This document shows, piece after piece, positions 1 to 13,855 of a stretch of DNA of 64,000 nucleotides. Positions within the stretch are counted from its first letter, which is position 1, and every line of letters begins with the position of its first letter. Made by a program: the position numbers and the translations under genes. Source of the stretch: Eledone cirrhosa (taxonomy: Eukaryota); contig OZ024741.1 in the NCBI GenBank assembly GCA_964016885.1, positions 113,460,001 to 113,524,000 on the forward strand. Reading direction: 5' to 3'. The notes under the pieces are model-generated. The model saw nothing but the letters and a program-made list of their open reading frames with translations. It was not told the DNA's origin and did not search any database.

Positions 1-90
1 GACCTGGCATTGCCCACAACAGGACAACCCGTCTAACCCATGCTAGCATGGAAGAATGGACGTAAAACGGTGAGGATGATGATGATGATG
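1..90 (+). mobile_element. 3' tail of RTE-related LINE/SINE with (GAT)n end
   Basis: CCCATGCTAGCATGG stem, then GGACGTAAAACG and (GAT)n; near-identical reverse copy at about 52921-53000. Confidence 0.75.
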
Positions 91-749
91 TGGGTATGTG
101 TGGGTGTGTGGTGAGAGAGAAAAAATATTTTGTAATATTATATATAACATTAATTTTTACCAGGAACCTTAAAAAGTTTTCTATGTTTTTCTGTTTCACA
201 CAAAATTTCTTTGTCGATTGAATAAAATTCAGACATCAGTAATATTTCTTTTAACTTCATTAAATAGAATAAAATGAATGAAATATAGTGGAACAAATAC
301 AAAAATTGATAATTACAAAAACACAATTTAAATATGAGTAATAATTAAATAAATTGTCGGATATAAACAGAATTAGGAGAAATGATAAATTAAATAAATT
401 TCCAAACAAAAAAGATGAATTAAAAAAAAATATTAAAAAATGAACAGTAATAAAAGCAACAATCAATTTGTCTCGTAGAAGTTGTTAATAATATTGTTGT
501 ATAGTCGTGATAGACATGGCCATGGGGCTTAGGAGTTCACTTTGTAAGCATGTTACACCTACTTTACAGTGGGGACTGAGGGATGTATGAAGGAGGTACT
601 GGGGGATTGGTGAGGTGGATATAGGGTAGAGCACTTATCTGAAGAAGGGTGGAGTTATATGGACAGAGATGAAGGTGAATTAGGACGTGGATGGTGCATG
701 GAAGGGGGAGGGATGTGGATGAAGGATGGGATTTAAAGTTAGATGTTAG

Positions 750-2210
750 GACATGGGAGATGTATGAAAGGAGGAGAGGAAAGTAGTGTATACAAGATGT
801 ATGCTTCAACCCATGCACATAGGAAGCTGGTCTTCTGTATTACTGCATAACACTAGAGATATCAATCCTGTGTCATCGTATTTGAGAAGTACAATTGTGC
901 AAGGTCAGCTTTTATCACTTCATCCTGAGTCTTCATTAACTTTGAGAGCCCTGCACTTTTTTTATACAGCTGTCATACTTCATATGCATCTGATACCTCA
1001 AGTTTCTCTGTCAGTTCATTTATGCTTTGTTCTTCATGTATATTACTATTACACAGCCACCGGAGAATGCCAGCTGCATTTCTTCCCAATCTTCACTGGA
1101 CCTCTGCACACAGCACCCAAGTCTCACTACCATGCAACAGTGATGTTCATATACATGCATCATACAATCTGCCCTTTATTTTGAGGGAAAAACCTTTTGA
1201 AGTTAGCAGCAGTAGTAGCTCTCTGAACTCTCTCCATCTCATTCTCACTCTGGCTACATTATTTTTGAACACCCATCTCCACTGCTAATTTGGTCGCCCG
1301 GGTAATAGAAACTATCATCTACCTCTACCAAGCCATCTGGGTATTTAAAGGAGCTAGTATCCTGTGGGCTCTTGCTACCTACTGCACCTGTGCAACAACC
1401 ACATATAAAATCTGTGATCTTTGCTAGCCTACCTGATATCCAACTACATCTCTTGTGTGCCCATATTTTGCAGGTGGAGCATAGGATGGAATTTCTACTC
1501 CTTCCTTTCCTGCACACTGAACAAGGCCATTTTCCCAAGGGAATCTGGGCCCTGTTTTCCTTTCTACATACTAGGACTTTGATCTTTGGCAAATTGACTT
1601 TAAGACCTTTTGATTCTCAGCTTTGCTTCCAGATTTGGAATTTCTTCTCTAGTTCTGCCATAGATTCAGCGATAAGGGTTAGATCATCTGCATACAGGGG
1701 TTGTCATGGGCAGCCAGTCTTAAACTTTCTGTTATAGCCTGCAGAATGATAATAAACTGTAAAGTGCTAAGAATGGAGCTTTGATGCAATCCTACCTGCA
1801 CACTAAATTTTTCACTGTAGTCGTTATTAATTCTAACCTTACAGACTGTTCCTCTATTCATGACATATACTGTCCTAACTAGCCACTCATCTACTCCTAA
1901 TTTTCTAAAAGACCACCAAATAATCCACAAATGCTAAGTAGATGGGTTTGCTTTTAGCTAGGTACTTCTCCTGCAGTTACATCACAAGGAAGAGAGTATC
2001 AGTGCTGCTTTTACCTGGCACAAATTTGAACTGCATCTCATCTAAGTTAATTTGGTCACTGATCAGCTGTGCTATTAATCTTTCTGTGACATTCATGACC
2101 CAGTCAATCAACTTGATGCCTCTATAGTTTTCTCTGTCTAGACCAACTCCTTTGCCCTTGTAGCAGTTGGTGATGACATCATAGGCAATTGTGTAACAGT
2201 ACTGAAACAC
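750..2210 (-). mobile_element. Decayed RTE-type LINE reverse transcriptase fragment
   Basis: Minus-strand ORF pieces YKGKG..DRENYRGIKL, QFKFVPGKSSTD, VQVGLHQSSILS, KVLV..KWPCSVCRKG, DSFYYPGDQISS; frameshifted. Confidence 0.85.
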
Positions 2211-2483
2211 ACATAAGAGACCATACTATGCAATAAATCTTTCTTTGATTTTCAACGGATTTTACTTATTTTTACTTTGTACCCTATTCACTTTAAATTA
2301 CTCTGTGAAATTTCCTTGGAGCCTATGTACCATACTTGATGACAACCTCATATCATTAAGATACTCCACCAACTACGTTGAGCACATTTAATTAGTAAGC
2401 TGCCTCTTCCATTTTTTGTTTAGCATATTCACTTTACATTAATGCGAATTATCCTACATAAAATGGATAATCCTATTTCCTCT

Positions 2484-2484
2484 C

Positions 2485-2552
<68 letters not shown>

Positions 2553-2595
2553 GTATATGTATGAATGGATAGATGGATGGATGGATGTGTGTGTG
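2484..2595. repeat. (TA)n/(GATG)n microsatellite
   Basis: Seen directly. Confidence 0.95.
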
Positions 2596-3899
2596 ATGCA
2601 AAAATTAAACCGAAATAACAAAGCAAACGACGCAGTACAATAAAGAAATATATATAGTTTAATGTGTCATATAGTATGACAAATAAGATAGAATGACAAA
2701 TAAGAAGATAGAATGACAAATAAAAGATGAAATAGAAAGATAGTGAGGGAGAAGTGTAAGGAACGAGAAAACAAATTTTGAGAAAAAGCATGTGTGTATT
2801 CAATCAGCCATTTTGGAGAAAAAATATGTGAGTGTGTTTTATGCTTACTTATGTCAAGTAACTTTGTTTGACAAAAAGAGATCAATAAAATAAGCAGCAA
2901 ACTTGAAAAGAAACAAGTACTGGTGTTGATATAATTGAGTAAATTCTTTCAAGTGGTACCCCAGCATGGCCAAAGTCTAATGACTAAAACCAATAAAATA
3001 CAAATTAATAAATATTGATGTAGTTAATAATATTGGTTATATAGTATTGATAGTTTTTTGATAATTTAACTACAACCTATTTATCATAATCATGAACATT
3101 TCCATGATTGATTTTTCATGATGCTTCACATTGAAGGTGTTTGCTATATACAGTATATATATAATATATTAAAATTAAATGAGAAAAAACTCTAATTACT
3201 GGAGATGGAAATATTTTTTCCTCTAACTTTGCTTCTATATAGATCTCCCTACTATGGTTTCGTATGGGGAAGAACCATTATTGGAATGGAATAACCAATA
3301 ATTCAAGAGCCAGCATATTCTTCACGGGAGTTATATTCTTCAAGTCTAAGCGAAATGGAACAAGATATAATACATAATGTTTCCAAAGCCGAGGCAGCAG
3401 GCAATATAATACCAGAGCATCAGATAAAATACTATTCCAGTATTTTTTCTGGCTTTTAATATTCTGAGTTCAAATCCTGCTAAGTTCAATTTTAACTTTC
3501 ATACTCCTGGGTGAAGTTCAGGGGTTTATTTAATCAAATTTGCCCTACCCCAATCAATATGACTGATCACTATTGCTATCAGCTACATCAATTGGAGTGA
3601 CTGTAAAATTCAGGTCAAATTTGGTTCACAAATTCATTTGGTAGGACAGCTTATTTTGTTTGCCCTACAGCACTTGTGGAAAATAGTAATGTAGATTTGG
3701 TTTTAAAATTCTTCATCATTAATGAGAAAATAGCTTCCAGATAAAAAGCAAGTGTACAGCGGCCTTCATAGAAAAATTTATTGGAAGTTGTTAAGAAGAC
3801 AAATAAGTGTAGCAGTGAGAGAATTTGGTATCTAGAACAAACTTATAAGAGAAGAATATCAAACAATCTACATGTAGTGTAAAACATAATGTGTGATAA

Positions 3900-4338
3900 C
3901 AGAGATAATACTTGCAAGTTGTCACAACTGGAGAAAATATTACATTGTAGTTCTTGGAAATTATCAAGATGGAAAATGTGTAACTCAAGAGAAATGTTGA
4001 ATAGCAGCCCAGAGCTGCTTTAACTATATCCTAGAAGCAGCACCCTATCAAAAAGCAACTCTACATCAATCTGCCTGCAAACTCTCCAAACATCTAAGAG
4101 GGATGAACTAGATTTGTGGGACACAGTTGGAGAGCAAAGAATGAAATTGCTAGAGATGTGCTGCTGTGGGCACCAGGGCGTGGACATTCTAACATTGTCA
4201 GATTTCACAGAACCTAAATCAAACAGCTATGTTAGGATACTGAATGAATTCAGGAGGACCTGTTACAAGCAATGTATGTCAGAGTCGAACAGAGGAGTCA
4301 TGGTAATCCATGCAACCAGTTTGCCTAGATGATGATGA
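3900..4338 (+). mobile_element. Decayed LINE 3' end (RT C-terminal region) with (GAT)n tail
   Basis: Fragments QHP.KKQLY and RFVGHSWRAKNEIARDVLLW resemble the C-terminus of the element at 5126-5573; ends GATGATGATGA. Confidence 0.6.
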
Positions 4339-5125
4339 ACAAGGTACATAATACAGTATGACTTAACATTTTGTTAGAAATTGCAAATTGTGTAAAGCTT
4401 GCATTCTCATCTGATCTAGTGAATTGAATTAATAGACTTGTTAGAGCATTAGATTAAATGCCTTGGGATCTGTTCCAGCTCACTGCACTCAGTTCAAATC
4501 TTATGGAAGTCAACTTTGCTTTTCATCCTTTTGTGGGTCAATTAAGTAAAGAACTAGTTCAGGAGCAGTGGATTAGTGAAATTGTTAAAAAGTTAAATAA
4601 GATGCTTTGTGCTATCTGATTTGGCTCAGAGTGTTCTGAGTTCAAATCTCACCTCTTACTGCCAGGAGTTGTGATTGAAAGATTGTATCAGCAATGGAAA
4701 TACCAATGGAAACATTGTTTCTTTGGTTCAATCAGATGGTATCTCCTTTTCTTTTATCCATTTTTGATTTAGATGATAAGAAACTATGATGATAGATAAG
4801 GGTTTTACCAATTTAGTAATCAGAATTCAGCAGAAGAAAGGTAAAATGTTATCATGTATTAGAAACATTAACAAAACACTTATAAACTTTAACATACCAG
4901 AGAAACAAACTCTGAACCAAATAAAAGAGAAAGCTGTGCCAATGGAAGCTGCTTCAAATGAGAAAATCCTGTCAATTTTTTTTGTTTTACTAGCTTCAGT
5001 CATTTAGACTATAGCCATACTAGGTCTACCTTGAAAAGGTTTAGTCGATCATATTGACATCCAGTAATTATTTTTTCAAGACTGGCACTTATTTTATCAA
5101 ACATTTTTTGTCAAACCACTAAGTT

Positions 5126-6174
5126 CTAGGGCGGATAAAATTCCTGAGATCCATGGACGAGTTCTCTCCAGCGGTCTCTGTCCCTCATTATCGCTGCCAT
5201 GTCCTACGTCTCCAACAGATCAGTGTCTGTCCTTAGGGCATCAACATACATTAACCTTGGTCTTCCTCTTCCAGTGTGTCCATGTAGGGGCTCCCACAGG
5301 AGCACTGAGTGCAATGTCAACTCTGGATGTCGGTGAGCATGTCCAGCTAACCTCAGTCTCCTCTGTTTCATTTTTGAGCTGACTTTTTGGAGGCTCCCAT
5401 ACAGCTCATAGTTTTTTATCCTCAGTGTATACTGATCAATGTTCAGAGCCATCCTCAGCATTCTCGTGTAGCACCCATCCACCAGCTGAGTGAGTTTCTT
5501 GGTCAGTGTCCAAGTCTCAGACCCGTACAGCAGCACAGACTCCACTACAGCAATGAAGAGGCGGATTTTCAGTCACTGCCTGATGAAGATCTTACAGGCT
5601 TATGGAATCCCCAAGAAGATAGTGGACCTGATATCACTGCTCTACACCAACACCAAAGCCCAAGTCATTACACCTGATGGGATGACAGAGTTCTTTGAGA
5701 TACTGGCTGGAGTGCTCCCGGGAGATACATTGGCTCCCTACCTTTTTATCATCGTAGTGGACTATTGTATGCACCTTGCACTGGAGAAACACCAGGACTC
5801 TGGCTTTACTGTAGCACTGGCTCAGAGCAGGAGAGTTAAGGCAAAAAAGGTATCAGATGCTGAATTTGCTGATGACATAGTTTTGGTGACAAATACAGTG
5901 AAGGAGGCAGAGGATTTGATGCAGGAGGTTGAGACTGTGTCTATGAGTGTGGGGCTGAGAATGAATGAGACTAAAACAAAATATCTGGTAGAGAATGTTG
6001 AGAAGCCAGAAGGGATCACTAATGTAGGTGGGAAGCTGCTAGAATTGGTTGAGGACTTCCTGTATTTGGGAGCAAAGATTGAGAATACAGAAGATGATGT
6101 GGTTGAGAGGAAGAGCAAAGCCTGGGCAGCATGCCACAGCTTGAGATCGGTGTGGAAGTCGGACCTTCGTAAAG
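5126..6174 (-). mobile_element. 5'-truncated RTE-like LINE with inverted 5' segment and 11-bp target-site duplication (TSD)
   Basis: RT core on + strand about 5574-6176 (GVLPGDTLAPYLF, FADD, DFLYLG, ending DLRKD) continues on the - strand from 5572 (LKIRLFIAVVESVLLYGSETW ... RDRDRWRELVH ... stop at 5126); ACCACTAAGTT at 5115-5125 and 6175-6185. Confidence 0.9.
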
Positions 6175-6469
6175 ACCACTAAGTTACAGTACATAAACAA
6201 ACAGCAAAAGTACATAGATACATGTATATACACACACACACATATATATGACTGGCTTCTACACAGTTTCCATTTACAAAATTTAACTCACAAGGTAGTG
6301 ATCAATCTGAAGCTATAATAAAATATACTTGCCCAAGATACCACACAGTGAGACTGAACCCAAAACTATGTGGTTGTGAAGCAAACACCTTAACCACACA
6401 GACTTACCTCTGGTTTACTTGAGTTTATGCGGGGTGGGTACATGTAATAGTAATGTGCATAAACAATGA

Positions 6470-6980
6470 AGCATTAATAGGAAGAGAGAAAAACCAATTG
6501 TTATTTATCATAGAACAACTAAGCTAAATGAGAAATTTCCAAAAGGAATAGTTGTACCTATGTAACATCAGGGCTGCATGGATGAATATGGGCGTAGACA
6601 ATGGATAAAAGAAATTTAAAATTTGGTGGCCTTTAGAAGGAAATCATTGGAATTGTCTGGGATTAGTTTAGGTCACATTTAGGATATAGTGTTGTTAATA
6701 ATATCAGATCACACTGACATAGCAGTAATTCCTGGTTGACTTACAATTGCTTTGCAGCCATTAGGTGTGGGTATTAATAAGCTATTTAAGAACCTGATGA
6801 GGATGAAATGGAGTAACTGGATGTGTGATGGAGAAAAATTATACATGAAAAATCAGGCAGCATGCAAACTACATCAGTGACTCTGATCAATGAATGGATC
6901 ATTAATTCATGAAAGGAAATAAAAGCTAATGTTTATTACCAGATCATTCAAGAAACGCAGAATTCGAAATGCAGAAGGTA
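6470..6980 (+). pseudogene. pogo/Tigger-like DDE transposase relic
   Basis: Hand translation EKFPKGIVV..GCMDE, TDIAVIPG*LTIALQPLGVGINKLFKNLMRMKWSNWM, TRSFKK matches the pogo IPGGLT..LQPLDV..NKPFK motif; stops and frameshifts. Confidence 0.8.
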
Positions 6981-7209
6981 TCTGTGAAAGATGATGATGA
7001 TGGTGATGGAGAAATCAACATGTATAACTTGTAATTACAGACATTGATTATGTAGAGGATCCATATGATAATATATATCATCATCATCATCATCTTTTTT
7101 ATGTTGACTTCTTCATGCTGGCATGGGTTTGATGGGACTTTTTGAGGCAATGTTTGACAACTGGATGACTTTCCTGACATCAACACATTTAGACACAATT
7201 TTTAACATG

Positions 7210-7540
7210 TAAGGATATGGTGTGCCTGTTCTAAACCGAGAGAGAAACTGTGTATAAGAGGGATAAGTTGTAGTGTGCAGGAGAGAAGACTGCGATAGTA
7301 TGGACATGTGATGTACATGGAGGATGACCACTGGGTAAAGAAGTGCCAAGAAATCCCAGTAGAAGGGAGACCATGAAAAACATGGACAGAGGTGATGAAA
7401 GCTGACCTCAGATCGCTGAAGCTCACGGAGGAGATGACGAAGAACCATGACAAGTGGAAAGATGCTGTGCTGAATAGGACCCATCCCACCCTTGCAAGCA
7501 GGGAAAAGCGGACATAAAATGATGATGATGATGATGATTG
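7210..7540 (+). mobile_element. RTE LINE 3' end with (GAT)n tail
   Basis: VQERRLR*YGHVMYMEDDHWVKKC and W.EVMKADLRSL fragments; tail CCCTTGCAAGCAGGGAAAAGCGGAC..(GAT)n. Confidence 0.75.
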
Positions 7541-7748
7541 ACATGCTGTTTTTTGCCATATGAGTCTGCCCTGTATTACTTTGCTTGTTTGTATTTGGAT
7601 GCTTGTATCAACATTCATGCTTCTGAGGATATGTAGAGCAGCAGGGGGATGCCCAGTATATTTATTGAGGTGTGGCTGGCCCTCCTACATTTAAACATTC
7701 GTTGAGTAAAATCATGTTGTAAATCTAAACAGGTTATTCATTGTTAAT

Positions 7749-7792
<44 letters not shown>

Positions 7793-8701
7793 ACAAGGGC
7801 CTGTAACTCCTTATAGAGTCGTAGGGGTGCTGTCCTGATACACAGCATGTCTAAGATAATTTTAAACCTGGTGGAGCCCATCCCCCTCCACGTCAAAACA
7901 CAGCTAATTGATTCCTTCCAGAAAGAGATGGGAGAGAGTGTGATATATAGGGATAGGGGAAGAGCTATCCACAGTACTGGCCTGGTACTTTATTTATCGG
8001 GAATAAAGTGAGAGAATTTGGTGTTTGGGAGAAACTTTTAAGAGATTGTATAAAAGTTGCAAAGAAACTATAGAGAGTAGGAAAAACAATGTGTGTTGAC
8101 TGTGATCACTTTTACAAATGGCCACCATTGGAATTAAATGTTACAGTGTAGGTATTTGGAAAATGTCAAGATATAACATTTGTAAATCATGGAGACAACT
8201 AATGTGTAGTCTATAATTATAGACAGTGATGACGAAGAAGATATGTACATCTATACAATTCATCTAGATTATTATGAATTTTTATTCAGTGCTGTGTGAT
8301 TTTAATGAATTTTTGTGCTTGAAGTGTTTAAGATCTACCCAGTAATTGTAATTTAAAACCATATTAAATTTCAACCTCAATTTTATATGCATAAATAAAG
8401 CTTACAAATTTTTCATTCATTGTATTTCACATTTCATTTAAATATTTATAGCCTTAAACTGCATGTAATTACTGAATTAGAAAAAAGATTCAACTCTGCT
8501 ATATAGTATTGCAAGTAATACAACTTCTATGAAGGTAGCAGATCAAATAGGATGGATAAAAGTTAAAGAGCAAATGTAAATATTTTTGAAATCTACAGAG
8601 TAATATTTATTTAATAGGATGTGTGTTTTGATGTGTGTTTTACATGGATAGATACTAATAGCTACTAATTAGTAGTAACACAAATCGAGTAGTATTCATA
8701 A

Positions 8702-9048
8702 TTGAGGTGCATATGAAGGTATATACGATGTGTTTATACATAATAAACATATGTAAGTCATGCTATGAACATTTTAAACCATGATCATATCACAGCTATT
8801 TCAGTAACTATGTGAGAACGCCAGACATTAGTGTTTCAGGATGTTCTATCTATGATCAATGATATTCACTTACTCAGTACTGTGACAATAATAAGCTATA
8901 GAAGCTGAAGGGAAAATCCTGAAATACTAGTGTATAGCATTCTTACACGGCTACTAAAATAGCTTTGACAGCTTAAAACAGTTATAGCAATATTTATATA
9001 TCTTTATTATACATAAACATATAGTATATACCTTCATAAACACCTCAA
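8702..9048. repeat. Diverged fold-back element (~140-bp inverted arms) with degenerate hammerhead motifs
   Basis: 8702-8842 is the imperfect reverse complement of 8916-9048; TCCTGAAATACTAGTGTATAGC in the right arm and TCCTGAAACACTAATGTC on - in the left arm. Confidence 0.65.
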
Positions 9049-9952
9049 CTTCCAGTAGTATTTACTCTAATTTACTGTTTTGTTTGTTATTTCTTTTCCA
9101 GTATTCATTTTAAAAGTATTCTATGGTTTAGCTGATGATATGGTACATTGGAGTTTACATTGAATTTCAGCCCCTCAATATTAGTAACAATTGATCCCAA
9201 AAATGTTCAACACTCCAATATTATATAAGAGCTGATCCTTGAAATTTCATTCCCTTACTGTTAGTGCCATGTAATAATTGATCCCTAAAATTTTAGACAC
9301 TCAGGTAAGAGAAGATTCCTAAAATTTGCCCTAAGGATCTTCTCTAAAAATTCTATTCAGGGGTATATTATATGTATTCAAATCATAATCATTTTATGTC
9401 CGATTTTGAATGCTTACATGGATTGGATAGGTCTTTCCCAGCACAGCATCCTACCATTTGTTGTCTTCTTGATTGTTTATTTGACCCTATAACTGTCAAT
9501 TTCAATAGCTAGTCTCTCTGGTGGGTTAACTGGGGATAGACACTCTTCTTCCTACTCATTCTCCACATTCATCAACCTCTCATTATAGCATTTCCAGCAA
9601 TCTATCTTTTGATATATATACAGTTATAATAAATATGAAGACCAAAATCCGAAGAGGGCTCCATACAAGCCCATAGAAAAAACATTTATTATTAGCACAG
9701 ATTATAGGTTAAGCAAAGAATTTCTGCTTTCAATCTATTACAAAAAGATAATGCTTAAAACAATACCATTACTTTCAACAATAAACATTTGATTTATTTA
9801 TCAATATTTAAATCATATTGTAAGACATATAACTTGACAGAACTATAGATGGGGGTACTGATAAGAAATTCTTGCAAATATTTGGTATTGAAACTGTATG
9901 TATAGAGATATGTGTGTACGTGTTCAATATGTAATGTTAGTGTGCAAGTATA

Positions 9953-10810
9953 TCATCATCATCATCGTTTTTATGCCTGTTTTTCCATACTTGCATAGGT
10001 TAGATTGGTCCTTTTCAATACAGCATATCTAAACTCGCTGCATTCCTTCATCATCTCCTCTGTGAGACTTAGCTATTTGAGATCAGTTCTCACAACCTCT
10101 GCTCAAGTTTTCCTTTGTCTGCAGCTTCCATACACGGAGATTTCCTGGTACTCCTTCATCCAGTGGTCTTCATCTATGCACATCACATGTTCGTACCAAC
10201 ACTGTCATCTCTCGCACACTCTACTTCTAAACCCAGTTTCTCCCTCAGTTCATCGAAGCTCTGCCTTTCTCTCACATTTACATTGCACAGCCAATAAAGA
10301 ATAGTAGCTTCATTTCTCTCCAGCCTATGCATGTCCTCTGCAGTCACTGCCCAAGTTTCACTATCATGCACCATTGCACTTTGTATACAATCATTTGTAC
10401 AATCATCTTTTTGGACATAGGGAGAAACCTTTTGTTGCCAACAGTAGGAGTAGCTCTATAAACTTCATTCCCATCCTTATTCTAGCTATTATGCTCCCAT
10501 AACACCCCACCCACAGCTAATTAGGTCACCTAGTTAGCAGATTCTATCAACTACTTCTATGGAATTGAAGAGGTTTATATCATTGGTGCTCTTCCTCTTG
10601 ATTACTCCTGTGCATATTTTACATACAAAGCTTTCTTTTCCTGTTTACTCGATATCCCACTGCATCTCGTGTGTGTCCATGATTTACATTGTATACATCA
10701 TATACAGTGTATGCCTACTCCTTTCTATATATTGAGCAGGGCCACTTCCCTGACCTGAGAGAATCAGGTCCTATCTTCTTTCCTACTTACTAGCACTTTA
10801 ATTTTGGCTG
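9953..10810 (-). mobile_element. Decayed RTE LINE 3' fragment
   Basis: MVHDSETWAVTAEDMHRLERNEA on - strand; (CAT)n tail at the left end. Confidence 0.8.
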
Positions 10811-10831
10811 ATTCCAAATTTTATATATGTA

Positions 10832-12085
10832 TCATCATCATCATCATCGTTTTATGTTCATTCTTCCATGCTAGCATGGGTTAGATGGGTTGTCCTGTTA
10901 TGGGCAATGCTAGGTGAGGTGACCATGTCTTGTTCATACAGAACTGATTTTGGCTTGATTTCTACAGCTGGATGGCTTTCCTAACACCAGCCTCATTTAC
11001 AGTGAGTACTGGGTGCTTTTTACTGTGGCGCCTACACAACAACTTTACAATGGGAGGGGAGTGGAGGCATACTGTCTATATGCTTCAGCTTCCCATAGGA
11101 AGTTGGGGTTTCTGTATTACTGTGTAATGCCAAATGTCTCGATCCTGTGTCATCAACTTTGAGAGGTGTAATTGAGCAAGATCAGCTTTTGTCACCTCAT
11201 CCCAGGTCTTCTTGGGTCTCACCACTCCAAGGCTTCCATCAACTTTAAGTGCTCTGCACCTTTTTATGCAGCTATCAGCCTTCATAGGCATCACATCCCA
11301 ATACCAATGTAATCTCCTCTCCTGCACACAGCATTTGATTCCTCTTATGCTCAGTCTCTCTCTCAATTCATTTATGCTTTACTGTTCACGTATATTACTA
11401 TTACACATCCATCAGAGCATGCAAGCTTCATTTCTTTCTAATCTACACATCTTCTACACACAGCATCCAGGTCTCACAACCATGCAACATTGCTGTTCGT
11501 ATGCACGCATCATACAGTCTGCCTTTTATTTTGAGGGAAAAGCCTTTCACAAGTAGCAGTGGCAGTAACTCTCTGAACTTCTTCCATCCCGTTCTTACCC
11601 TGCTTACTGTACTTTCAAAACACCCACCTCCACTGCTAATTCAGTCACCTAGGTAGCAGAAACTGTCTACTGTTTCTACAGAGCTCTACCAGAATTGGGT
11701 AGTGCTTGTTTCCTGTGGTTGTTAGCTGCTTACTGTCCCGGTGCAACCACTACATGGAAAGCCTACATTCTTAACTAAACTTCCTGAGATTCCACTACAT
11801 CTCTTGTGTACCCATAGTCTGCATTTGGGGTAGAAGATAGAATTTCTACCTACACCTTTCCTACATACTGAGCAAGACCATTTCCCTGAGAGGATCTGGG
11901 TTCTGTTTTCTCTTCTACTTATGAGGACCTTAGTATTTGTCAGGTTGACTTTGAGGCACCTTCTTTCTAGGCCCTGCTTCCATGTTTGGAATTTCTTCTC
12001 TAGTTCCACCATAGATTCAGCTGTAAGTGTAAGATCATGTGCATACAGAAGTTCCCATGAGCATTCAGTCTTAAACTCCTCTGTA
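10832..12085 (-). mobile_element. RTE LINE 3' fragment with 3' UTR
   Basis: WELLYAHDL..AES, KWSCSVCRKGVGRNSI, VQERRLHWYW, RPKKTWDEV; (CAT)n tail at 10832-10848. Confidence 0.85.
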
Positions 12086-12587
12086 AATATATAAACATAT
12101 GTATATATGTGTTGTTGTGGCACTAGTAATGTCACCATACAGAGTGGACTGGGTTCTTTTGGGGTGGGGAGTGAGTCTATCTGCAAGCATGCATGAGTTG
12201 GAGAGGAGAGGTATATCAGGGGTATGGGAAATGTGGAGGGAGGAACATTGGAGTAGATAATTAGACATCTATTTCCCAAGCCCAACTCAGCCCCATGGGC
12301 TGCCATTCTCTGAGATTAGGCCAGACAAGAGACTACATCTAGTTGAAACATTTCATTTTTGTCAGATGTCTTTGTGAAACCTCTAACCAAGCATTTTATC
12401 ATGGTATAAGGGAGAACATGCCCGACTTTCCATGTTGGAATCGATTGGATGGAGGAATGGAGGCAATTATCTTTGTATGCTGACATGGATGAGGAGAAGA
12501 GGAAATGAATGTGAGCACTGTCATTCCATGCTGGAAGAAATGCAAAAAATGAGGAAGACAAATAGTCTCTCCCTGCTGCCATATATA

Positions 12588-13260
12588 TCATCATCATCAT
12601 CATCAACGTTTAACGTCCGTGTTCCACGCTTGCATGGGTTTGGACGGGGATTTTCCCACACTTGAGGCAAGAGTGATTGTCTTGCTCGCATAGGACTGTC
12701 TGGCAGGTTTTCTACAGTTGGATGCCCTTCCTAACACCAACCACATTTACAGTGTGGGTCTGGGAGGTTTTTACCGTGTTGCCTACATGGCCACATTACA
12801 GCGTGGACTGTGTGTTTTTTTGTCGTGACACCTACACGATCTCATTTGTTTCGGCCTGGATGGTGTGGCACCAACATAACTTTACATAGAAGGGGGCGGT
12901 GTGGATGGGGTGGGGGGTGGTGGGACGGGGGTGTATTTTGTTAGAGATGCCTACTGACTGTAGTAGGTTTTACTTTGTATTTAGGTAAGGCGGGTCTTCT
13001 CTATTACTGAGTACCGCCAAAGGTCTCGGTCCAGTGACATTGTCTTGGTGAGGTGTAAGTGTGTGAGGTCGGAGTTTATCAGCTCGTCCCAGGTTTTTCT
13101 GGGTCTGCCTATTCCGTGGCTACCGTCTATCTTTATTGCCCTGCACTTTGTTATACAGCTATCGTCCTTCATGCGCATCACGTGACCATACCAACGTAGC
13201 CTTCTCTCTAGTAAACAACATCTGATCCCTCTTATTTTTAATTTTTTCCTTAGTTCGTTT
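12588..13260 (-). mobile_element. Young RTE family: ORF C-terminus + ~390-bp 3' UTR + (GAT)n
   Basis: [31 protein letters not shown]; UTR highly similar to six other copies in the window. Confidence 0.9.
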
Positions 13261-13421
13261 ATATATATATATATATATATATATATGTAGGAGGTGAGTT
13301 TTATTGTAGTACAATAAAGCAATGCAGATATCGGATAAGAAACACTCTACAGTTTGTAGGACTGGAGTATACATAATATATAAGATCAAAAGATGGAACT
13401 CCTTTAACCATCTTTTGATCT

Positions 13422-13473
<52 letters not shown>

Positions 13474-13755
13474 TGGTGTGCCCATGTGCAGAGAGGCTAT
13501 AAAATAGCTTATAAAGTTGGGTGAAGACCCTTAAAGACAGAAAAAGAAGTTGCTATTGGTATGTTTGCATGGTTTGGATGGGGTTTTTTCCAGCACCGCC
13601 TCCCTCTTACATCATCCCTTTGTCATCTACTCAGATAAGTTCAGTGTTCTGAGATCCACTCTCACCAGTTTTCCCAAGTTTTACTCAGCTTTCCTCTACT
13701 GCAGCTTCCTTCCACTGGGAACCCCTGGCAATTTTTCACCATATATCTAAATATG

Positions 13756-13855
<100 letters not shown>

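Noticed and set aside
3240-3380. Possible exon after an AG at 3241-3242
   Set aside because: No frame resembles aminopeptidase or another known protein, and there is no convincing donor.
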